From positions 1 through 54,770 of the IMG/VR virus record IMGVR_UViG_3300021411_000001: DNA of 54,770 bases; one strand, written 5' to 3'. The stretch is from a virus. Lineage: Duplodnaviria > Caudoviricetes. This document shows positions 1 to 7,345 of the stretch, piece by piece. A model generated the notes under the pieces. The model ran no database searches. It was not told the DNA's origin and saw nothing but the letters and a program-made list of their open reading frames with translations. A program made the translations under genes and the position numbers. Within the stretch, counting starts at the first letter, position 1, and each line of letters begins with the position of its first letter.

Positions 1-127
1 CATACGCGCGAGGCAGCAGGCAAGTGTGAACTTCCGCCATGGCCATATTCTGGGTTACCAGCACGAACAACCCGAGCTCAGAGCCATCATCGTCATAGAT
101 CATCACATACCGCATCGCCGGTGTGTC
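1..127. repeat. Terminal direct repeat, identical to 54644..54770 (circular-assembly overlap)
   Basis: First 127 nt (catacgcgcg...ccggtgtgtc) recur exactly at the end, and a gene reads in frame across the join. Confidence 0.97.
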
Positions 128-244
128 TGGCGGTTCGTAGTCGAGGCAGTCCGGCGATCCGTCCTCTGTGATATATGGATAGATCGCATCGCACGACATG
201 ATCTCATAGATGAGCTTAAAGTCTCTTGTCTCCTCTGCCCTCAT
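1..244 (-). CDS. P22 gp14-like (GNAT-fold, DUF2824-like) virion assembly protein, 5' part; continues across the circular join to 54405
   Basis: ATG at 244 overlaps the gp10 stop (TGATG); MRAEETRDFKLIYEIMSCDAIYPYITED... runs in frame into MRYVMIY...EVHTCLLP; 160 aa in total; lies between gp10-like and gp7-like genes. Confidence 0.75.
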   Translation of the reverse strand, partial: MRAEETRDFKLIYEIMSCDAIYPYITEDGSPDCLDYEPPDTPAMRYVMIYDDDGSELGLFVLVTQNMAMAEVHTCLLPRAY

Positions 245-1686
245 CAGCCCCGCCTTCCTGGACCCGACTCGAAGAAGGCATCGAGGATTGCCCACTTCAC
301 CGGATCTGTCATGACTATCTCATACACCCTATCGCGTGATTTGCCGAGCCGGTCGAACATGACTCGCTTCCTGTACTCGCCGATACTGCCGCCCGACTTC
401 ACACGCTCATTGCTCCAGGTATGGGCTCCGTCATCCGACCAGCGCAGTGCGATCATCGGATCGGATCCCTGTCCAGAGTTCAGTCCGACACCTGCCTCGA
501 TGTCGATATTCAGCCGCTTGTTGACTGTCCAGCGCATCTCGTCTGACAAGTGTGGTGCCCGACGCATGCGGCGGAGGAAGTCAGTATAGTCAGCATAGAT
601 CCCGATAGACGACGTATAGATGTTGCCGTTCAGACTGTCACCAACCAGGTGCTGCCCGAAGCCGAAGGTATGCGTCCTCGCCCTGTCCGCCTTATATGCA
701 GCCAGTTGTGGGCTCCATAGTCCCCTCTCATGCCACTCATCCGTAGTGACATCATACACCCAGGTCTGGTTGTCATCGGGGAAGTTCATCACATAGAAGG
801 AGTGCCCGTTCTCCTGGTAGCCATAAGCCCACATCGTCGCAATGCTGGTCATTTGACGCAAGGCATTCTCTACGGCATGGTTCGAAATGCGCGAGGGACG
901 GAAGCCATCTGCACGGAATACCATGCCCCCGCCGCGCACATCCCCTCCGATCCAGAACACTGAGTTATCCAGCTTCACTGGGCTGTTCGCTGCGATAGTG
1001 CCCTGCTCGATCAAACCGCCAGGTGTCGGCTCGAATGGGAAGTCGGAGGCTCCACTGTTGAAGAAGACCTGTATTGAGCTGCTGCCGAATATCCACAGTT
1101 CCCTGTGGTCCGTCAGTATGGCCACGATGTTGTCTGGGTTGCCACTGGCAGTCCCGAAGTCGATCGGGTCCCAGGTCAGCCCGTCATTCGGCGCGGATAT
1201 GTAGAAGTCCTGTGTGGCGTCTCGGTGCGCGATGAAGAAGCTGTCCAGGAACTGTGCGCTGGCTGGCTGCACATTCGCGATCGGTCCGGTGAATGCTGCA
1301 GTGGACTTGTTGAAGACGTAGCCACTCAGCCCGCTTGCGATGAAGAGCTGCGTGGCGTTCTCGGCGATCTGAGCCTGCAGCCCATCATCGATAACTGTCC
1401 CGCGCTCTGTGAATGTCCCATTAGAGAAGAGTTCATACAACTTAGCGCCACCGACTGCGAAGACACGATCTGTCCTCGGGGACAACTGCTTGATGGTGAA
1501 TAGGCAGCGTGACGCTCCACCAGGCAGCGTGCAGAACAGACTCTTGCCTGGAGCGCTGTACAGTACACTCGGGCTCTTGCCGTGCTGGCTCTCCATAATC
1601 TCGCGGTAGAGGTTCATAGACCTCTGGCAATCCGCATTGACTGAGAAGCTAGGATAGCTGGGACCTACAAGTCCGTCGAACCTCAT
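244..1686 (-). CDS. P22 gp10-like packaged-DNA stabilisation / tail hub protein (480 aa)
   Basis: Start re-called at MRFDGLVGPSY (ATGA overlap with the upstream stop); beta-propeller-like motifs, GHSFYVMNFP..QTWVYD, LRWSDDGAHTWSNE, LGKSRDRVYEI. Confidence 0.85.
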   Translation of the reverse strand: MRFDGLVGPSYPSFSVNADCQRSMNLYREIMESQHGKSPSVLYSAPGKSLFCTLPGGASRCLFTIKQLSPRTDRVFAVGGAKLYELFSNGTFTERGTVIDDGLQAQIAENATQLFIASGLSGYVFNKSTAAFTGPIANVQPASAQFLDSFFIAHRDATQDFYISAPNDGLTWDPIDFGTASGNPDNIVAILTDHRELWIFGSSSIQVFFNSGASDFPFEPTPGGLIEQGTIAANSPVKLDNSVFWIGGDVRGGGMVFRADGFRPSRISNHAVENALRQMTSIATMWAYGYQENGHSFYVMNFPDDNQTWVYDVTTDEWHERGLWSPQLAAYKADRARTHTFGFGQHLVGDSLNGNIYTSSIGIYADYTDFLRRMRRAPHLSDEMRWTVNKRLNIDIEAGVGLNSGQGSDPMIALRWSDDGAHTWSNERVKSGGSIGEYRKRVMFDRLGKSRDRVYEIVMTDPVKWAILDAFFESGPGRRG

Positions 1687-1970
1687 TGAAATATTCCCTT
1701 TTTGTGCATGCCATAAAGTCCGTTGGCTAGTGCATTCACTAGCTTCTCCTCGACATCCTGCTCTACCAGGCGGTCCGCACCGCTCGACCATGTGATGACA
1801 TGCAGCACCTCATGGATGAATGTCATTTCTTTGTTCTGCTGACTCAGGTCTGGCCGAATGTGGATCTCATTGTCGTTGAAGATCGTCTCTCCCCAGGCCT
1901 CGTCCTTCGGCATCTTGTACGAGACCTTCCACTCCGTCCCGAGGAATGTGAACTTCTTTGGGATCTTCAT
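1683..1970 (-). CDS. Small HExxH zincin-like protein (95 aa)
   Basis: MKIPKKFTFLG...TFIHEVLHVI; ATGA coupling at both ends. Confidence 0.6.
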   Translation of the reverse strand: MKIPKKFTFLGTEWKVSYKMPKDEAWGETIFNDNEIHIRPDLSQQNKEMTFIHEVLHVITWSSGADRLVEQDVEEKLVNALANGLYGMHKKGIFQ

Positions 1971-2410
1971 CGCGCTATATAGAACCTGAAGTCGCCGACC
2001 ACTGTTGTGCGCTTGCTTGTCGGGTCCTTTGCCCATGCTGGAAGGTTTCCGTCCAGGGACTTGTCGAAGTAGTGAGTCGCGCCGCCTACAGTGTCGGCTG
2101 TCTTTCCCGCTGCGACATCCGCTGCAATGCTCATGCACAGCTCGAACCTGTCCCACTCTGGCCTCCCGTGATGCGGAAAGTTAACTCCGTTATGATCGAT
2201 TATCGGTTGGTCCTTTCCGTTAAACCACGGGAAGGAACTGTATTGAGCTCGTGCAGTGACCACTTCAGCATAGTCATCTGCGCCACGGAACTTGACAAGC
2301 AGCCTGTTTCTGATCGAGCAAGCGACCGCAGTGATCTCTTCTGCTGTGCGGCTTCGCGCTTCGCGCCACAGGCAAAGCGCGAGCATCATGATGTTGTACT
2401 GTTCGGTCAT
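1967..2410 (-). CDS. SleB / Hydrolase_2-family cell wall hydrolase (probable endolysin)
   Basis: LALCLWREARS, VACSIRNR, AQYSSF and GGATHYF motifs. Confidence 0.8.
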   Translation of the reverse strand: MTEQYNIMMLALCLWREARSRTAEEITAVACSIRNRLLVKFRGADDYAEVVTARAQYSSFPWFNGKDQPIIDHNGVNFPHHGRPEWDRFELCMSIAADVAAGKTADTVGGATHYFDKSLDGNLPAWAKDPTSKRTTVVGDFRFYIAR

Positions 2411-2685
2411 TATCCTTCCAGCCTTCCCACGTCCACTCGGACGTCTGCTATGTCCTTATTGACTCCGTCGATTTTCCTGAATGCCAGGTCGACATCCTCT
2501 TCCACGCGCTGCTTCCATGGCTTGAAGACCTCAGACTTGACATATGTCCCATTGATGGACTTGAGGAGCTCATCCTTGAACTTGTACAGCCGCAATGACA
2601 CATACAAGGCTACTGCGGCGGCGACCAGCGACGATGCAGCGGTTATCCCAGCTAATACAATCTGTGCTACAGTGTCAGGGCTCAT
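2410..2685 (-). CDS. Small membrane protein (single N-terminal TM helix; possible lysis accessory)
   Basis: Hydrophobic IVLAGITAASSLVAAAVALYV followed by a charged helix; coupled to the endolysin gene. Confidence 0.5.
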   Translation of the reverse strand: MSPDTVAQIVLAGITAASSLVAAAVALYVSLRLYKFKDELLKSINGTYVKSEVFKPWKQRVEEDVDLAFRKIDGVNKDIADVRVDVGRLEG

Positions 2686-3410
2686 GCGGTCTCTCCGGTC
2701 ATCCAGTTGAACTCTCCACCGCCCTGCATGAGATCAGGCATCACCATCGGATCCATGTGGTCGACTACATTGCCGGCCTTGATGGCTGCGTAGCTTCCAG
2801 CTGCCAGTGCAGCGACTGCAGGTTCGATCTCGGTCACTCCCATGGCCAGGAGCACTGCCAGATTCGATATAACGGCCATCCGGTAGCCCGGAGGGAGCGC
2901 CAAGGTCAATCCTATGGTTGCGAACTCGGGGACTGCCACAGGCACGTATAGAATGACCTGGTTGGCCTCACTTGGTATTGGGTAGAGCCAGACTGTGGCG
3001 AGAGGACTTGTGCCTGCATATGTCTTCTCGAAGAACAGGGATCGTGGCAGCTCAGAGGTGATAGTCTTCACGGGCACACGTGCCCATTCTTTCAGGGTGA
3101 GGATCCGCATTGGCAGCTCGACGTCGTCACCGATTATCAGGTCAATGAGCCCTGCGGCGTCGATCCACATCGGCCTTGCAGTATCCCATGCCCCACCTGT
3201 TCCTACCGTGTAGCTCTGCGTGCCAGCGACCAGGTTGAAAGGGCCGACGCGCGAGCGGACGGGAATGGCCAGGCGGTCGATGCTCCAAATGTCCAGCATC
3301 TGGTTCAGCTTGCTCAGGCCGTACTGCATTTCGGCATCGGTCAGCGTCTCGCCCAGGGCAAGACTTCCGGCCATCACCGACGCTTCAGTTATCGCTTCGC
3401 CTACAGTCAT
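2682..3410 (-). CDS. P22 gp4-like head-to-tail adaptor
   Basis: MTVGEAITEAS..GSLALGETL..GLSKLNQMLDIWS and LPPGYRMAVISNLAVLL; position downstream of the coat gene. Confidence 0.75.
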   Translation of the reverse strand: MTVGEAITEASVMAGSLALGETLTDAEMQYGLSKLNQMLDIWSIDRLAIPVRSRVGPFNLVAGTQSYTVGTGGAWDTARPMWIDAAGLIDLIIGDDVELPMRILTLKEWARVPVKTITSELPRSLFFEKTYAGTSPLATVWLYPIPSEANQVILYVPVAVPEFATIGLTLALPPGYRMAVISNLAVLLAMGVTEIEPAVAALAAGSYAAIKAGNVVDHMDPMVMPDLMQGGGEFNWMTGETA

Positions 3411-3427
3411 TGTTCTCTCGTTTCCTT

Positions 3428-3450
3428 GGGCGGGGCTTGTGGCCCCGCCC
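3428..3450 (-). promoter_or_regulatory. GC-rich intergenic hairpin without U-tract
   Basis: GGGCGGGGC-N5-GCCCCGCCC. Confidence 0.5.
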
Positions 3451-3458
3451 TGTTGCGG

Positions 3459-3908
3459 TTAAGTCAGGTCTTCGGCGTCCTTGCCTTCGTCACTGGCTTC
3501 CTTTGTCGGTTCGTCTTCACCACCGAGCTTGGAGGTCAGTTCGAGGACAATCTCTTCGACAGCAGCGAGCCGTGAGTTGATGTCGCGATTTTCCGCCAGG
3601 AGTACGCGAATCAGAGCATCACTTGCTGCACTTGCTTCTTTCTTCTGCACCTCTTCTTTGGGTGCTTCGGGAACTGGCACGAAGTCTTCACCGAATCCTG
3701 CGTCCTTAGCGGACTGAAATTCGACTTCGCTGTTCACTGTCTTGGACTCACCTTTCGGTCCGTACAGGATTTTCGGGAAATGGGAGTGGACATACTTCGG
3801 CCCAAAGCCCTGCGCCTTGAACTGCGCGACTTCGGTGTCGTTGTTTGCTACCTTCGATTCGCCTTTGGCGTTGTAGAGGTAGAGGGGATACTTGCTATTC
3901 ATGAGCAT
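3459..3908 (-). CDS. Hypothetical head-region protein with a two-fold internal repeat
   Basis: YPLYLYNAKGESKVANNDTEV / FPKILYGPKGESKTVNSEVEF repeats, then a coiled coil; GAAAGGA RBS. Confidence 0.7.
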   Translation of the reverse strand: MLMNSKYPLYLYNAKGESKVANNDTEVAQFKAQGFGPKYVHSHFPKILYGPKGESKTVNSEVEFQSAKDAGFGEDFVPVPEAPKEEVQKKEASAASDALIRVLLAENRDINSRLAAVEEIVLELTSKLGGEDEPTKEASDEGKDAEDLT

Positions 3909-3933
3909 GGTTTCCTTTCAGGGAATTTTGGTC

Positions 3934-3962
3934 GCGGCCGCGTGGGTTTGCCACGCGGCCGC
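3934..3962 (-). promoter_or_regulatory. 12-bp GC-rich intergenic hairpin without U-tract
   Basis: GCGGCCGCGTGG-N5-CCACGCGGCCGC. Confidence 0.55.
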
Positions 3963-3968
3963 TCGTCG

Positions 3969-4949
3969 CTAGTAGAGGCAGGCGACTGGTGCAGTCGTAG
4001 CCGTGAACGTTGTCGCAGGCACAATGGTCGGCAGTGTGCCGAATGTACCCGTCTGCGACTTGGCATTAATGTCTACATAGGTCGAAGCTGCTACGAGCTT
4101 GAACGCGTCAGTCGTTCCATTGCTCTGCGCTCCGATAACGTAGAATGCCGGTCCTGTCACGAGCCTCGGCGTTGTGAATGCCAAGGTCTGGAACGTATTG
4201 GAGCCGCTGACGGTCGCACCTGCAAGTGCCGAGTTCGCCAACAGCTTGCCGTCCATATTGAACAGGGCCCCGATGATCGCATCTGTGCCGGCTACTGTTC
4301 CTTCCAGGATTCGCACACCCGTCGCCAAGAAAGTTCGTGGGACGAAGATGCTAGTCTGGTAGATCGTGCCAGCCACAGTGGCTGTGGATGTGCCAAGAGA
4401 GGCATAAGCCACACCTCCGATCGGAATGCTGCAGACCTTTGTCGGAACCGGGGGAAATGCGACCTGCTGGGAAGCCTGCTCTTCGATCCATACGCCGCCC
4501 TGGCAGTCATAGAACACGCCAGTGCGCACGTTGATGATCGGCAGGATGGCTCCAGGAGATCGGGTGCAGGAGCCTCCGAGTGTGGTAAGCGTGAAGGCCG
4601 ACTGATAGAGTGCAGCTGCACCTCCTACTGGCCCGAAGTACGCCGTTGTGCCGGCCGCATGTCCGGTGCTGAGCGAGGGCCCATAACCGGGGGAGACGGT
4701 CAGCGAAGTGGAGCTGTTCACCGCAGTGATGCGGTATGCTTCCTTGTCCAGGTAGATGACCTGGTCAAGGGTCTGTGTGCTCGCGACGATACCAGTCGTG
4801 CTGGTCACGACCAGTCGGGTCGCGCCCACGCCGACTGCATTGGTCAGTGCTGTGTTGGGAATTGCCGTCTGCGCATACCCCTGTGGGACCGCGACCACCA
4901 GGGCCACGATCAGCAGGAGTGCGACAGCCAGCTTGTTAAAGATCTTCAT
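3969..4949 (-). CDS. Signal-peptide-bearing beta-rich protein, probable capsid decoration or spike; C-terminal domain paralogous to the tail fibre
   Basis: Start MKIFNKLAVALLLIVALVVAVPQGYA|QT (alternative ATG at 4967); directly after the coat gene; Thr/Ala/Gly-rich; ends PVACLY like 14958..16268. Confidence 0.75.
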   Translation of the reverse strand: MKIFNKLAVALLLIVALVVAVPQGYAQTAIPNTALTNAVGVGATRLVVTSTTGIVASTQTLDQVIYLDKEAYRITAVNSSTSLTVSPGYGPSLSTGHAAGTTAYFGPVGGAAALYQSAFTLTTLGGSCTRSPGAILPIINVRTGVFYDCQGGVWIEEQASQQVAFPPVPTKVCSIPIGGVAYASLGTSTATVAGTIYQTSIFVPRTFLATGVRILEGTVAGTDAIIGALFNMDGKLLANSALAGATVSGSNTFQTLAFTTPRLVTGPAFYVIGAQSNGTTDAFKLVAASTYVDINAKSQTGTFGTLPTIVPATTFTATTAPVACLY

Positions 4950-4986
4950 TGGTTTGTTCTGCCTCATTGTTAACGGTTGTCGTTTA

Positions 4987-5009
4987 GGGGCGGCCGCGAA
5001 GGCCGCCCC
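4987..5009 (-). promoter_or_regulatory. GC-rich hairpin after the coat gene (no U-tract)
   Basis: GGGGCGGCC-TTCGC-GGCCGCCCC on the minus strand. Confidence 0.55.
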
Positions 5010-5023
5010 GCTTCCTGCTCGGC

Positions 5024-6247
5024 CTAGCTCTGCACCCGCGTTGCCATCTCGGGGTACATCGTGGTCCAGCCCCACAGCGCTTCCAACCGGGTCGGTCGCG
5101 TGTTGGTCCGGATGTCAAACGCTCGTGTCAATCGCAGCGCGAGTCCGAGGTCCTCGTCGACGATGCGACCGGCCATGTCAATGCCCTTCGGCATTTCGAG
5201 GTCGACCATCACCAGGGTGAACGCGTTCTTGTGGAACACGAGGCCCTGAGGAGTCACTGTACCCGCTGCGCCCTTCACAGTGATCGCAGCGTTGTCCGCC
5301 GGCAGTGCATTGACAGTCGCGAATGCGCCGACTGCAATGAGAGGCGGAGAGATCGGGAGGCTGGCATTGCCGGATCCGTCGGACGACACGTCGTCGGTCA
5401 CAACGAAGTCCTGCAGCTGGCCGGTGCTGATGCCGCCGGTCGCAGAGCCAGTCTGGGGCTTGATCCCATAGACGCCTGCGATCGTGAACGTGTCCCCGCG
5501 GTTTAGACGAGCTGCAGCAGCCGCCGTCCAACCATCGGTGACGAGCGTGCTGCCCGTCTGGTTCGCGCCGTTGATGAGAGGTGTGCCTCCCAATGGGCCG
5601 ACCGTGTGGGTGTACACGTTCTGATCCATGGAGAAGTTCAGGCCGAGGGAGTAACCCATCTCGCCGTCTTCGTACTGCTCACGGATCTTCTCGGACGACT
5701 GGAAGAGCCCCTTCAAGCCATGCACGAGTGTGGACTGCATTTGCGATCCGATGACTGCGGTGCGTACCTTGCCCCGTCGCGGTGTGCCAGTGTTGTCCAG
5801 CTTGACGCCCGCATTGAGGTAGGGTTCGTCGTCCACGGGCACGACTCCCGGGGTTCCGACATTGTTGTAGATGTTGCGGTATTCCTGCAGGCCGGTCGAG
5901 TCGATCTCGTTGGCAATGCGGGCGACCGCGGAATCCAGATAACGCGAGCGGAAATTGTCCATCGTGAGGGTCAAGTCGACGTCCGTGAACTCGAGGTCCA
6001 CGCCGAACAACTTGTCCACCACGACCGGGACGGGCGTCTCCTGGATGTCTTCCACCTGAAGCGCATTTCCGTAACGGCCCTGATACTTGGGCGGCCGTCG
6101 AGCGGAAATGACCGACCCGACCTTTGCGCCGGCCTTTGCGAACTGGCCGTCGTACTCGCGGTTCACGTAGCGCGCGAACTGCAAGTTGTTCTTCAGGATC
6201 ATCATCGACTCCTGAAGGATCTTTGCTGTAGTAATGAACTGATTCAT
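5024..6247 (-). CDS. Major capsid protein, P22 coat (gp5) family
   Basis: NREYDGQFAKAGAKVG..ISARRP, RIANEID, GDTFTIAGVY, FHKNAFTLV and TRLEALWGW..YPE motifs; 407 aa following the scaffold gene. Confidence 0.92.
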   Translation of the reverse strand: MNQFITTAKILQESMMILKNNLQFARYVNREYDGQFAKAGAKVGSVISARRPPKYQGRYGNALQVEDIQETPVPVVVDKLFGVDLEFTDVDLTLTMDNFRSRYLDSAVARIANEIDSTGLQEYRNIYNNVGTPGVVPVDDEPYLNAGVKLDNTGTPRRGKVRTAVIGSQMQSTLVHGLKGLFQSSEKIREQYEDGEMGYSLGLNFSMDQNVYTHTVGPLGGTPLINGANQTGSTLVTDGWTAAAAARLNRGDTFTIAGVYGIKPQTGSATGGISTGQLQDFVVTDDVSSDGSGNASLPISPPLIAVGAFATVNALPADNAAITVKGAAGTVTPQGLVFHKNAFTLVMVDLEMPKGIDMAGRIVDEDLGLALRLTRAFDIRTNTRPTRLEALWGWTTMYPEMATRVQS

Positions 6248-6263
6248 GGTTGCCTTCTTTGTT

Positions 6264-6286
6264 CGGGCCGGCTATCTGCCGACCCG
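6264..6286 (-). promoter_or_regulatory. Hairpin between the scaffold and coat genes
   Basis: CGGGTCGGC-AGATA-GCCGGCCCG on the minus strand. Confidence 0.5.
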
Positions 6287-6296
6287 CGATTCGTGC

Positions 6297-7328
6297 TTAG
6301 CGATGCCGCCTGTGCTCCGTCCGTTCCTTCTCGTAGTCACGGTCGAACTTGATGTGGTCCACGTGACTCGCCTCTTCCTGCTCTGTCTTCGACTTCACAG
6401 TTTGAGTGGAGGACTTGACCGGAGTCGTCGGCTTCGGCGCCTTGCTTGGTTTTCGTAACGCCTCATTCGGTTTCACTTCGGGCTTGGGATCTTCGCTGCC
6501 TTTCTTGGCTTCGAGTGCAGCGACGATGTCCTCGACCTTGCCCTCTATCTTGCCCATTGCCCTGATCTGCCCTGCGCGGTCCAGTGAACCGATCCGCACG
6601 GCTTCGTCCGGGTGCTTAGCCAAGTAGTAGGACATGTCGGGGCCGACCGGCGATGTCAGCATGACGTACTGCATGACTGGAGTTGCGGGCACACTGTCTG
6701 GCAGGTCGTCGAACGCCTCGTCCCAGTCTTCGTACCGCGTCTCCGCTACCGTCACGCGCTCGGTGTACTCTGCCTGGATACGTTCAGACTCCTGATTGGT
6801 GTCCCGTGCTTGTCGCTCCTGGTCCTGAGCTGCTGCCTTCTCATCAGACTTCCAGTCTGTCAGCGCCTCTACAAAGGCGCCATCCGGGTCCTCGTCATTT
6901 GCGAACTGATCCCTCGTTGGTCGCGGCCGACCAGAGAGTGGTTCCGCCTTGGCGGCCCGTGCTGGGTCCGCTTCTGGCTTCCGTTGCGCCGCCTCCAGCC
7001 TTGACAGGCGGTCGGTAAGTTCGCGCCGCTCTTCGCGGAGTTCGCGCCGATCCTGTCTCAGCTTTGTGATGGCCTTCTTCACTCCCGTAGGCAGGTCCTT
7101 CTCATCGAGGTCTTCCTCGCCCTTCGCTTTGCCTTTCTGAGTTTCGTCCTTTGTTTTGTCCGCTTCCGAAGCGGCTCCGCTTTCGGGCTTATCGTTGCCC
7201 TCGGATTGCGTTTCGACTTCCCCGATGAGGTCCTCGTCGTCATCCACTGTTACTGTCTCGGCAACTTCGCCGATAGCCTGCTTGACCTCTTCCACCGTGT
7301 CAGTCGTTGTGTCCAGTCGAATCGCCAT
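6297..7328 (-). CDS. Scaffolding protein
   Basis: Acidic/coiled-coil protein; AFVEALTDWK, GPDMSYYLAKHPDEAVRI and Pro-rich KAPKPTTPV; between portal and coat. Confidence 0.85.
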   Translation of the reverse strand: MAIRLDTTTDTVEEVKQAIGEVAETVTVDDDEDLIGEVETQSEGNDKPESGAASEADKTKDETQKGKAKGEEDLDEKDLPTGVKKAITKLRQDRRELREERRELTDRLSRLEAAQRKPEADPARAAKAEPLSGRPRPTRDQFANDEDPDGAFVEALTDWKSDEKAAAQDQERQARDTNQESERIQAEYTERVTVAETRYEDWDEAFDDLPDSVPATPVMQYVMLTSPVGPDMSYYLAKHPDEAVRIGSLDRAGQIRAMGKIEGKVEDIVAALEAKKGSEDPKPEVKPNEALRKPSKAPKPTTPVKSSTQTVKSKTEQEEASHVDHIKFDRDYEKERTEHRRHR

Positions 7329-7345
7329 GAATTTTCCCTTTCACG

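Noticed and set aside
3780-4973. Long opposite-strand ORFs (e.g. 3780..4973 +, 45463..46566 +, 49562..50374 +)
   Set aside because: Shadow frames of well-supported genes in a GC-rich genome; no RBS or recognisable motifs
4949-5075. Programmed -1 frameshift fusing the coat to the downstream protein (the frames overlap by about 50 nt and a hairpin follows)
   Set aside because: No X_XXY_YYZ slippery heptamer near the coat end, and a fusion would bury a signal peptide internally
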